64,000 nucleotides of DNA from Candidatus Latescibacterota bacterium. Lineage in GTDB: Bacteria; Latescibacterota; UBA2968; UBA8231. Shown here piece after piece: positions 1-10,977 of the stretch (positions are counted from its first letter, which is position 1; the number at the start of each line of letters is the position of its first letter). Under the pieces are notes generated by a model. That model was not told where the DNA came from and searched no databases. It saw only the letters and a program-made list of their open reading frames with translations. Position numbers and translations under genes: made by a program. Where the stretch lies: the NCBI GenBank assembly GCA_965261395.1, contig OZ253462.1:2432001-2496000 (forward strand). Reading direction: 5' to 3'.

Positions 1-1
1 C

Positions 2-205
2 AACGCGGTGTGGCATACGGTCGGCCCCTTTGTGCGTCGCGGGGGCAAGCGGGTGATGCTGTACTATGGATACGAACATCCCTGGATGCTGGCGTGTGCC
101 GAGCAGTGGCGCTACGACCAAGCCTTTTTGCAGGAGCTTTCGCCCGCGCAGCGGCGCTTTTTCCACGGGTTTGTCTTCGACCCGCCTGAGTATCGCTGGG
201 GATGA
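2..205 (+). CDS. C-terminal part of a probable PhyH-like 2OG-Fe(II) dioxygenase (5' end outside window)
   Basis: Open from the window edge (NAVWHTVGP...GKRVMLYYGY...LSPAQRRFF). Distal His, Arg and the 'L(S/T)PxQ' tail resemble PhyH family C-termini. Stop overlaps the next start (ATGA at 202-205). Confidence 0.5.
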   Translation, partial: NAVWHTVGPFVRRGGKRVMLYYGYEHPWMLACAEQWRYDQAFLQELSPAQRRFFHGFVFDPPEYRWG

Positions 206-768
206 ACTGGAACTCGCCCGATCTGCGGGGGCGTCGCCAACTGGGCCTGACCCTGTTTTTGGCCTCACTGGCCGTGCTCTTTGGGGCCAGCATCGCGGCT
301 TTTGCCTACCTGCGGCTGACCAGCCCGGTGCTGCAGGGGAGCGAGCGCATGGAGCTGCCGCTGGTGCTGGGTGTTTCGACGGTGGTGCTGTTGGGGGCTG
401 GGCTGGCAATGTACAAGGCGACGCAGAACGCCCGGCGCGGACACTTTCCGCTGCTGCAGCGGTGGTTGGCCTGGGCTTGGGGGACGAGCGTGTTGTTTAT
501 CGCTGTGCAGGTGCCGGCGCTGATGCAGCTACTCGACCGCCATCGGGCGCTGGAGGCGAGTACCTACGGCATTGCGTTCGCCCTAGTCGTGGTTCACGCG
601 CTGCACGTGGTGGGTGGCATGGTGCCGTTGTCGGCGCTGGCGTGGAAGGCGCGCATGAATCGGCTCGACAGCGAACACTTGCTCTCGGTGCGGGCCTGCG
701 CCGCGTATTGGCATTTCCTCGAAGCGGTGTGGATCGCGCTGTTGGCTGCGTTTTTTTTGTGGGGGTGA
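202..768 (+). CDS. Cytochrome c oxidase subunit III-like membrane protein
   Basis: Five hydrophobic helices, with LFLAS, HALHVVGG and YWHFLEAVW motifs of heme-copper oxidase subunit 3. Confidence 0.8.
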   Translation: MNWNSPDLRGRRQLGLTLFLASLAVLFGASIAAFAYLRLTSPVLQGSERMELPLVLGVSTVVLLGAGLAMYKATQNARRGHFPLLQRWLAWAWGTSVLFIAVQVPALMQLLDRHRALEASTYGIAFALVVVHALHVVGGMVPLSALAWKARMNRLDSEHLLSVRACAAYWHFLEAVWIALLAAFFLWG

Positions 769-1096
769 GGGGGCGTGAGGGCATTGGCCGGTTGCTATCT
801 GCGCCACGCCATTCGCTTGGTCGTTATCCTTGCACCGACATCCCGCGTTATTAATTTAGCCCTAGAAGTGAAATGACCGCGTCCGTCGTCAGATCGAGTT
901 GTTATAGGAATACCCACACCCGCCTGATTGCTGATGTAATCACCGGCCAACGGAACGTAGGTGGAGTAGCGGCCAACCTATCCGATCATGCCAATGGGAC
1001 GGAGCAACTTGATGGGCTTGACGACGTAACAGGTGAGACCGACACTCCAGATTGGACATGGGCAGCGAGAAACGAATGCAGAGAGGCCAATCGGGA

Positions 1097-1984
1097 ATGA
1101 GATTCGATAGTCCGCTTAGATACCCTGGTGGGAAGGCCTCCCTTACGGCCTTCCTTGGCCGGGTAATCGAATTGAATGACCTCTCTGACTGTTCGTACTT
1201 CGAACCCTTTGCTGGAGGTGCAGGCGCTGCGTTACGCCTTCTTCGTGAAGGTGTTGTCTCAGAGCTTTACCTGAACGATATAGACCATCGCATCACCGCC
1301 TTCTGGAATGCTGTCCTTGACGAGCCAGAGCGGTTCGTCGAGGCCATCCGATCAGTCCCGGTAAGTATCCCAGAGTGGAAACGACAACAGCGCATTTATC
1401 TGAATGCTGAGACCAGTGAGTCTTTTGACCTTGGCTTTTCTGTCTTCTACCTGAACCGTTGCAATCGCTCTGGCGTCCTTTTCGGAAGCGCTCCTATCGG
1501 CGGCTACGAGCAAACAGGAAAATGGCAGATTGATGCTCGTTTCTACAGAGAGAGTCTCGCGAAGCGCGTTCTCGCAATTGCGAAAAAACGCGAGCAAATC
1601 CACGTAACCAACATGGACGCGATTAGCTTCCTTGTTAAACATCTGCCTCGTGGAAAAGAACGGAAACGTGTCTTCGCATATCTCGATCCTCCCTACTGGT
1701 CAAACGGCAATCGTCTTTATATGAATTTTTATAAGGAGCAAGACCACAAAAACCTTTCCCGCTATGTACGGCAGCAGAAAGCGCTCAACTGGGTTATGTC
1801 CTACGACGATGCGCATTTCATCAGAGATTTATATAAAACCTGTGGCACCTTCCATCTCTCGCTTCAGTACAGTCTCCAGCGCAAGCAAAAGGCGCAGGAG
1901 CTACTAATCGCGCCGTCCCATGTTCGACTTCCTGACTCTGTTGCATTAATTGACACGCATAATGAGGAAGCAGTGCCGGCTTAA
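1097..1984 (+). CDS. DNA adenine methyltransferase, D12/Dam class
   Basis: SPLRYPGGK, YFEPFAGGAG (motif I), LNDID, FYLNR, YLDPPY (motif IV), W-x-x-SYD. Start placed at ATG 1097. Confidence 0.92.
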   Translation: MRFDSPLRYPGGKASLTAFLGRVIELNDLSDCSYFEPFAGGAGAALRLLREGVVSELYLNDIDHRITAFWNAVLDEPERFVEAIRSVPVSIPEWKRQQRIYLNAETSESFDLGFSVFYLNRCNRSGVLFGSAPIGGYEQTGKWQIDARFYRESLAKRVLAIAKKREQIHVTNMDAISFLVKHLPRGKERKRVFAYLDPPYWSNGNRLYMNFYKEQDHKNLSRYVRQQKALNWVMSYDDAHFIRDLYKTCGTFHLSLQYSLQRKQKAQELLIAPSHVRLPDSVALIDTHNEEAVPA

Positions 1985-1996
1985 AAGGAGAGCTCA

Positions 1997-3100
1997 ATGA
2001 ATACCGCAGAGATTAACCCGATGAAAGTCTCGGATCTGACATTCGACCTCAAAAACCCCCGACTGCCTGAGTTTGATCTGACTGACAATGCGACGGAAAC
2101 CGAAGTGATAAAGGTTCTGTGGGAAGCGATGGACGTAAAGGAATTGGTGATGTCCATCGCGGCCAGTGGTTTTTTTTCTCACGAGCCCTTGGTCGTCGCG
2201 CAGGAGGGTGGGAAGAACGTCGTTATTGAAGGGAATCGTCGCCTCGCCGCAGTCAAGGTCCTTCTAAATCCGGCACTTGTTGAAGACCTGAAGGCGGACC
2301 TCCCTGCCATCACCGAAGATGCAAAGAAAGCGCTCCAAGAGCTTCCTACTATGCGGGGTACCCACAAAGATGCTTGGCGCTATCTCGGTTTCAAGCATGT
2401 AAACGGCCCAGCCAAATGGAGCAGCTACGCCAAATCCCTATACATTGCTAAGATACACCGAAATTTTGGCATCGAGTTGGAGAACATTGCGAAACAGATT
2501 GGCGATACCCACAGGACCGTCCAGAGGCTATTCCGCGGCCTTATGGTGATTGAACAAGCGGAACACATGGAGGTATTCCGTCGCGAAGACCGCTGGCACA
2601 ATCATTTTTCCTTCTCCCATCTCTACACCGGACTCGACTACGACGGCATCAGCACCTTTATCGGCTTACGACCGGAGACTGAGGAGGACCAGGAGCCGGT
2701 CCCAGATGAGAAGAAGAAAGAACTAGGTGAGATTTGTCTCTGGATGTACGGTAGCAAGAAGGAGAAGACACCTCCCGTCATCGAAACACAGAACCCCCAT
2801 CTCCGGTGGCTCGATGCAGTCGTGAGCAACAAGGAGGCTGTCGCCGCCCTTCGGGATGGGCAGACCCTCACCTATGCCTATGAGGCGAGCCGTCCATCAT
2901 CCACTGTTTTCGAGGAGTCCCTGCTTGCCTCGAAGAGAAACCTTGAGAAGGCACGCGGCCTGCTTTCCACTGGCTACGACGGTTCCGAGGAACTGCTCAG
3001 AATTGCCGGAGCGGTGGCGAATCTCGCGGATGACCTATACGACGAGATGGAACGCAAGCACAATCCTGGTAAGAAGACGCGCCTCACGGAGGACGGTTGA
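1997..3100 (+). CDS. ParB/Srx-like N-terminal domain protein (defence-associated type)
   Basis: DLKNPRL, SIAASGF, EPLVV, VIEGNRRLAA (ParB-like GxxR motif). AGGAG RBS upstream. Confidence 0.8.
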   Translation: MNTAEINPMKVSDLTFDLKNPRLPEFDLTDNATETEVIKVLWEAMDVKELVMSIAASGFFSHEPLVVAQEGGKNVVIEGNRRLAAVKVLLNPALVEDLKADLPAITEDAKKALQELPTMRGTHKDAWRYLGFKHVNGPAKWSSYAKSLYIAKIHRNFGIELENIAKQIGDTHRTVQRLFRGLMVIEQAEHMEVFRREDRWHNHFSFSHLYTGLDYDGISTFIGLRPETEEDQEPVPDEKKKELGEICLWMYGSKKEKTPPVIETQNPHLRWLDAVVSNKEAVAALRDGQTLTYAYEASRPSSTVFEESLLASKRNLEKARGLLSTGYDGSEELLRIAGAVANLADDLYDEMERKHNPGKKTRLTEDG

Positions 3101-4026
3101 TGTTCAAATGGCCAGGGACGCCATCCGCCCGTCCGCCCGAACATGAGCTTGCCGACTACGCCGAACTGGTTTGTTGGAAGGACAACACCACATCAACGAC
3201 TGTCCTAACCGCTGACCTCGGCAGACTTGAGGAAAACGACTACTCTGAGGGTGTGCCGGGAGAGGAAGAAGCACCGCAAATCGTTGAAGAGGCGTACTTG
3301 GAAATTGAACGACGTGAAGAGGCTTGCAGATATGGCTATCCGTTTGTGGTCGGAGAACAGGGATATACGCTTCATGCCAGCCAGGAAGCCGGGAACCACA
3401 AGCACATCATTTACAAGTACCTGCTCCTAGCGACCCGACTGAACATGAAAGACGACCGCGAACACGCGGGTATTGACGGCGCATCCCTCTTTGAGGAACT
3501 CTCCTCGGAAGTGGCCCGGAAGTACCTTGGTGCTCGTGCGGAGAGCATCGTGTTCGGCACAGCCACTGGGATGGCTGATTTTCCAGGGAAGGTTAATGAT
3601 CTTTGCAAACGAATGAAGGAAGGTATCCGATTCTGTAAAAAAAGCGATTCCTCGTCAAACGAGCGAGACGGCAAACTGGATGTTGTTGCGTGGAAAGACT
3701 TCACTGATGGTTTACCTGGAAAGCTAATTACTTTTGGGCAGTGCAAGACCGGGACGAACTATAAGGACGAACTCACACAGCTTCAGCCCGATTCATTCTG
3801 CGACAAGTGGTTATTCAGAAATCCGGCTGTTCCCCCCGTACGTATGTTCTTGATTTCAGAGGCGTTGTCTCGGGTTGGTTGGTACGACGTTACACGCGAC
3901 GCTGGCTTGCTCTTCGACCGCTGTCGAATTGTCGATTTCTGTGACGACATCAGCGAAGACGTATTAGAGAAGGCAACAACGTGGACTGAGGCCGCGGCCA
4001 AGGTAAACGAATTGCCGGGTCTATAG
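3100..4026 (+). CDS. Hypothetical protein with PD-(D/E)XK/Mrr-like nuclease motif
   Basis: FEE...DGKLDVVAW...FGQCKTG fits the E...D...QxK restriction-endonuclease fold. Start overlaps the upstream stop (TGATG). Confidence 0.6.
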   Translation: MFKWPGTPSARPPEHELADYAELVCWKDNTTSTTVLTADLGRLEENDYSEGVPGEEEAPQIVEEAYLEIERREEACRYGYPFVVGEQGYTLHASQEAGNHKHIIYKYLLLATRLNMKDDREHAGIDGASLFEELSSEVARKYLGARAESIVFGTATGMADFPGKVNDLCKRMKEGIRFCKKSDSSSNERDGKLDVVAWKDFTDGLPGKLITFGQCKTGTNYKDELTQLQPDSFCDKWLFRNPAVPPVRMFLISEALSRVGWYDVTRDAGLLFDRCRIVDFCDDISEDVLEKATTWTEAAAKVNELPGL

Positions 4027-4148
4027 TGTTCTCTGGCGTCGCTGGCAGGTAGAAGCTGTTCTTGGTCCCGAAGTGAAGGCATTGGCGGATTCGACTCTTT
4101 CGTGAAGATTCTGTTCGATCAAGGGACGCCAGGGACTCTACGGCGTCG

Positions 4149-4226
4149 CTATTCCGTTGGTTCGCCCACGGATGCCAGAAGCTCGGAGTCCGTGTGTATC
4201 TAGGACGAGGTATCGACGAGGATCAA
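4149..4226 (-). pseudogene. vapC: vapC (PIN toxin) remnant
   Basis: Starts 4 nt after the vapB stop and reads TTG-ILVDTSS-TAG-IHTDSELLASVGEPTE-TAG. This is a PIN N-terminus with the usual Trp codon as TAG, joined to a C-terminal-like fragment. Confidence 0.7.
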
Positions 4227-4230
4227 CGGC

Positions 4231-4434
4231 TCAGCCTTGCCGACGCGTGGCCTGAAGCTCTTGCGGTGTGATCAGATCCAGGCAGGTGCCGGCGTATTGG
4301 ACGAGTTCCGCCATGCGCATGCGGCGGTTGAAGTCCGCGACGGCTCCGACGATGGCTTCGCGTTTGGTCTTTGCTTTCGTGAACCTGATGGCATCCTCAA
4401 GCTCATCCTCGGGAATATCAACAGTAGTTTTCAT
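4231..4434 (-). CDS. vapB: VapB-family antitoxin (RHH type)
   Basis: MKTTVDIPEDELEDAIRFTKAKTKREAI is a typical VapB N-terminus. Adjacent to the PIN remnant. Confidence 0.8.
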   Translation of the reverse strand: MKTTVDIPEDELEDAIRFTKAKTKREAIVGAVADFNRRMRMAELVQYAGTCLDLITPQELQATRRQG

Positions 4435-4461
4435 GTTGCTAAAGTAGCCATCTATAGAAGC

Positions 4462-4491
4462 TTGATCGAGAATAATTATATTCTCTATGTT
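4462..4491 (+). promoter_or_regulatory. Possible sigma70 promoter with an AT-rich dyad in the spacer
   Basis: TTGATC-N18-TATGTT, where the spacer is the near-palindrome GAGAATAATTATATTCTC. Confidence 0.35.
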
Positions 4492-4499
4492 ACATAAAA

Positions 4500-4534
4500 A
4501 TCTAGGGTTTTACAGGCTATCTAGGGTTTTACAG
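4500..4534. repeat. Perfect 16-bp direct repeat, period 19
   Basis: ATCTAGGGTTTTACAG at 4500-4515 and 4519-4534. Confidence 0.85.
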
Positions 4535-4564
4535 CTCCAAGCACTTAACTCGGGAGGGTTTATT

Positions 4565-7237
<2,673 letters not shown>

Positions 7238-8644
7238 TTGCAAACTCGACGCTGTCATACCGTAGGCGGTAACGACATCACCGTCCTCTGGGCTGCTGAG
7301 GCGGAACTCCACGGAAAGCTCAAGCCGCCCGAGGACGGCGACGAGACGCAGGGCGAGCGCCCCTATCTTTGGGTCGAAGGCTGGCACAGTCGGGACGATT
7401 GGTTTAGCTGGACGGTGGAGCTTGACGAGCCGCAGAATTTCCAGCTAGCGATAACCTATTCCTGCGGTGCCGACGCGGTTGGCTCTGAGCTTGAGATCAG
7501 GGCCGGTGCCAGCACTGTCGCGTTCGTCGCGGAATCGACTCGTGGCTGGATGCCGGACTGGGGAATGGAGTGGAGCAGCTTTGCCAAGCATTCGCTCGCG
7601 GGTTCGCTCCAGTTGGACAAAGGCGTCAGCACGATTGAGTTCCGCGCTAGGAAAAAGGCCGGCACCGGGGAACTGCCCCGCCTTTATACCCTCAAACTGA
7701 CACCAGAGACCGAGGTTGCGCGGTTCGCCGGTATTGCCGAACGGGCGCGGAGCGGACGCGCTAGCACCGATTGGTTTGCCGACGCCCAGTACGGCTTGAG
7801 TTTTCACTGGACCGCCATGTCGCAGGCCCGCCGCGGCAAGCCCAAGCCCTTCCCACAGGCTGTTGCCGACTTTGCCGTCGAGCCTTTCGCCGACATGGTG
7901 GAAGAAGCGGGGGCTGGATACGTCATCTTTACCTCGACCCATGCGCCGCACTTCTATCCAGCGCCAATTGAGGCGATAGAGCGCATCCTACCGGGGAATA
8001 CCTGCGAGCGCGACCTGATTGGCGATCTAGCCGATGTCTTACAGCGCCGCCGCGTTCCGCTGATTCTCTACTATCCCGGCGGCCGGAGCAGCGACGATAC
8101 CCCTGCAATACCGTGGGGACAGGCCTCCGGCTGGAACGACGACCGGGAATCCTATTTTCGCAACTTTTGCGCCATATTCGCGGAAATAGGCGAGCGCTAC
8201 GGCAGCAAGGTCGCTGGGTACTGGTTCGACTTTTGTCCCTTCAACGTCTCCCATCGCTTTGAACCACTGTACGCAGCCGCTAAGACGGGCAATCCAGACC
8301 GCATCGTCGCTTGGAATAGCTGGCTCAATCGCAAGCCAAGTGACTTCCAAGATTACTGGGCCGGCGAAGTCGGGGAATTTCTCGCCCTTCCCGCTCCCGA
8401 ACATCACGGCGATCTCCAGCCCCACGTCTGGTTTTTTCTCGATGATGAATGGACCCACGAAGAGCCGGATACCGATATTCCGCCGCCGCTCTACCGCACC
8501 GCCGATTTAATTGACCACATCAAAACGGCTGGCGAGCGCAGAATCCCCGTGTCGATGAATGTCGGGGTGTATCAGGATGGCACGGTGTCCAAGGCGACGA
8601 TGCAACAGTTACTGGAGATTAAGAAAGTGATCAGGCGTACCTAG
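7238..8644 (+). CDS. Alpha-L-fucosidase-like (GH29-like) hydrolase with N-terminal beta-sandwich domain
   Basis: WFADAQYGLSFHW, AGAGYVIFTSTH, RDLIGDL, GYWFD (nucleophile Asp). Start codon uncertain. Confidence 0.7.
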   Translation: MQTRRCHTVGGNDITVLWAAEAELHGKLKPPEDGDETQGERPYLWVEGWHSRDDWFSWTVELDEPQNFQLAITYSCGADAVGSELEIRAGASTVAFVAESTRGWMPDWGMEWSSFAKHSLAGSLQLDKGVSTIEFRARKKAGTGELPRLYTLKLTPETEVARFAGIAERARSGRASTDWFADAQYGLSFHWTAMSQARRGKPKPFPQAVADFAVEPFADMVEEAGAGYVIFTSTHAPHFYPAPIEAIERILPGNTCERDLIGDLADVLQRRRVPLILYYPGGRSSDDTPAIPWGQASGWNDDRESYFRNFCAIFAEIGERYGSKVAGYWFDFCPFNVSHRFEPLYAAAKTGNPDRIVAWNSWLNRKPSDFQDYWAGEVGEFLALPAPEHHGDLQPHVWFFLDDEWTHEEPDTDIPPPLYRTADLIDHIKTAGERRIPVSMNVGVYQDGTVSKATMQQLLEIKKVIRRT

Positions 8645-10965
8645 TAGGCTACGGCCACGATCCGTCGCACGCTGCGATCTCCGGCGTCGCCAGCGATGTG
8701 CAGCTCGGCTATGTAGAGGCCGGGCGGCACGCGCTGGCCGTCTTGGTCGCGGCCGTCCCAGTGCCATGCGATGTGGCCAGCTTGGCCGTCCCGCTCTTGG
8801 CTAAAAAGCGGCCGGCCGGACAAATCATAGAGCCGCAGGTGCAAGGGGCGGTCGGAGAGTACGTTGATGAGGTCGAAGGAGATGCGGAGCTGGTCGTTGA
8901 TCCCGTCGCCGTTGGGCGTAATGAGCGCGGGGCTGAACGAGAGGCTGGCAAAGAGCTGGTCGGCGATAGGTAGGCGCACGACGTTGGAACTGCTCTCGAC
9001 TTGGGGTGCGTCGTCGCCTGGGTCCACAAGCTGGCGCGTCTGTGCCTTTTGGCTGTCTTCGAGAAAGGCATCAAAGCGGGTCGCCTGTAGGTAGATAGGG
9101 GCGGTGAAACGCAGTTCGACGAGCTGGCGGCTGCGGATGCGGCGCGGGAAGGTGGCGCGAAAGCCCTGAGCGAGGTCTTCGGTGGTGACCTCGACGGGCT
9201 CGCCATCGACAAAGGCGGCGTCAAAGCGGGGGGCTGTGGTGGCTTCAATTGCGATCTGGTCGAAGCCGTCTCGGGTCGTCGCGGGCCGCAGGAAGTAAGA
9301 AAACAAGGTCTCTTGGCCGGGCGCGACTTGGAGGGGGAACACCTCACCGACGACCTCGGAAGCGAGTGGATCGCTGAAGTTGACGGCCAGCCAGTCGAAG
9401 TGGGCCGCCTGCGTCGGGCTGTCGGACACCAAGCGCACATCGAGTTCCATGAAGCGGCGCGGCGAAGGCGACTGGAAGGCCGCGCCCGAAGCGCTGTAGA
9501 TATTGCTCCAGGGGCTCCAGTCCGTACCGGGGATGCGCGTGGTGTCGATTCTGCCCTTGAAACTGGGGATCAGTTTGTCGTAGCGCTTCTGGGTTACTTT
9601 CCTGCCATTTTTATCGTAAAAAGTGTATTGCTCTACTACCTCGTTGCCCGTGCGCGAGCGGATTTCGATGTGGGTGCCCGAGGGGGTCTGGGCCTGCCAC
9701 TCAATCGAGTTGAGATTCTTGCCACTGCCCAAGTCGATGAGCGGTGAGCGGAGACGGACCGCGAGGGGGTAGCCCTCGCCGTACACTTGGATTTCTTCGG
9801 CCGAGCCAGATGCTCGGCAGCCCCAGCTCGCGGCGGCGTCGGGCACGGTTGCGGCGCAGGTGGCGTCCCAAACTAGCCAAGCGATGCGTACGTAGCGGGC
9901 CGGCAGGGTGGGGAACTGGTGGTCGGCTAGCCCGGCCCTGTGGTTTTCGCTGTCGGGGTACCCGGCAAAGTGCCGCGTCCAGCGGCGAGTGCCGTCGGGG
10001 GCAATGGTGCCGTCCGAAGTGAGGACCTCGTAATTTTTGTAGCTGAAGGACCGCGGACCGCTGGCCCCGGCCCGGGTGCGCAGCAGGTGTTCGCCAAAGC
10101 CGCCGCGGATGGCTATGCCGGTAATCAGGCGCACGAAGTCCACTGGATAGACGGCCCCTAAGTCGATGGTGATGTGGCTCCAGGTGTTGTAGGTGTTGCG
10201 CGGTTCGCGCCCGTTGCGCCAGCGGTTGAAGATTGAGCCATCGACTAGGTTTAGCGCGTTGCCCAAAGTGACTTCTTCGGCGCGGACAAAGGCGTCGATT
10301 ACTATGTCGATAGCTCCACCTCGCTCGATGAGGTTGAGGGTGAGATTGTCGCCGATACTCTCGACCTCGACGGCGACAAGCCGGGCGTCGGGAACGTGCT
10401 TAAGGTTGCGGATTTGCAGGTAGCGGATCGGTGTCAGGTAGAGTGCGTCGCCCGGGGCGAATGCGACGCGGTGGCGTGCGTTTTCCTTGAAGCGTTCCTT
10501 AATGCGGTAGATCAGGGAGCCTTTGATCGGACTGGCTACTTGGTCGAGCTGCGGCTCGCCGGAGGAGAGCAAGAGATCGAACAGTTCAAAAGGGGGCGCG
10601 TCGTCGGCAAAGACCAAGGCAATGCTGCGCGCCGAGACGCTGCGGCCGAGATCGATTTCCACGAACCAGTCGTCTGGGTCGTCGTCCGGGTTGGGTGCCC
10701 AGCCGGTCGCTGGGTTGCCGTCGAGGAGTGCGTGGGCGTCCCTCGGATTGGAGCCAGCCCGGTGGATGCCGCCGCCTAGCTGGAGCGCGTCGCGTGCAGC
10801 GTTGGTATTTTTTGCAACGCGCACCGGCTGAATCGAGCCGGTGGCCGCAATTTCGACCGCGCCGAGGGGCAGTTGCCAATCGCTCCACTGGCGCGCCGAG
10901 CTAAAGCGCAGTTGGTCGGCGTCAGCAGCGGCGACCAAGAAGAGGAACAACAGGGCGGAGGACAT
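8641..10965 (-). CDS. Secreted discoidin-like/FlgD-Ig protein, '-VAY' family paralog
   Basis: Signal peptide; EIDLGRS and TIDLGAV (F5/8C-like); SPLIDLG, RSRTG, WSPWS, SPSPRRF, GEVFP, ITPNGDGIND, WDGRD..G..VPPGLY; ends VAVAY. Confidence 0.8.
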   Translation of the reverse strand: MSSALLFLFLVAAADADQLRFSSARQWSDWQLPLGAVEIAATGSIQPVRVAKNTNAARDALQLGGGIHRAGSNPRDAHALLDGNPATGWAPNPDDDPDDWFVEIDLGRSVSARSIALVFADDAPPFELFDLLLSSGEPQLDQVASPIKGSLIYRIKERFKENARHRVAFAPGDALYLTPIRYLQIRNLKHVPDARLVAVEVESIGDNLTLNLIERGGAIDIVIDAFVRAEEVTLGNALNLVDGSIFNRWRNGREPRNTYNTWSHITIDLGAVYPVDFVRLITGIAIRGGFGEHLLRTRAGASGPRSFSYKNYEVLTSDGTIAPDGTRRWTRHFAGYPDSENHRAGLADHQFPTLPARYVRIAWLVWDATCAATVPDAAASWGCRASGSAEEIQVYGEGYPLAVRLRSPLIDLGSGKNLNSIEWQAQTPSGTHIEIRSRTGNEVVEQYTFYDKNGRKVTQKRYDKLIPSFKGRIDTTRIPGTDWSPWSNIYSASGAAFQSPSPRRFMELDVRLVSDSPTQAAHFDWLAVNFSDPLASEVVGEVFPLQVAPGQETLFSYFLRPATTRDGFDQIAIEATTAPRFDAAFVDGEPVEVTTEDLAQGFRATFPRRIRSRQLVELRFTAPIYLQATRFDAFLEDSQKAQTRQLVDPGDDAPQVESSSNVVRLPIADQLFASLSFSPALITPNGDGINDQLRISFDLINVLSDRPLHLRLYDLSGRPLFSQERDGQAGHIAWHWDGRDQDGQRVPPGLYIAELHIAGDAGDRSVRRIVAVAY

Positions 10966-10977
10966 GGGTTTAGACGC

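Noticed and set aside
873-1100. 75-aa ORF overlapping the MTase start (possible controller protein)
   Set aside because: No HTH or other motif and no clear RBS. May be spurious.
4435-4564. Cobalamin or other riboswitch before the TonB receptor
   Set aside because: The leader is short and AT-rich, and I found no conserved riboswitch core.
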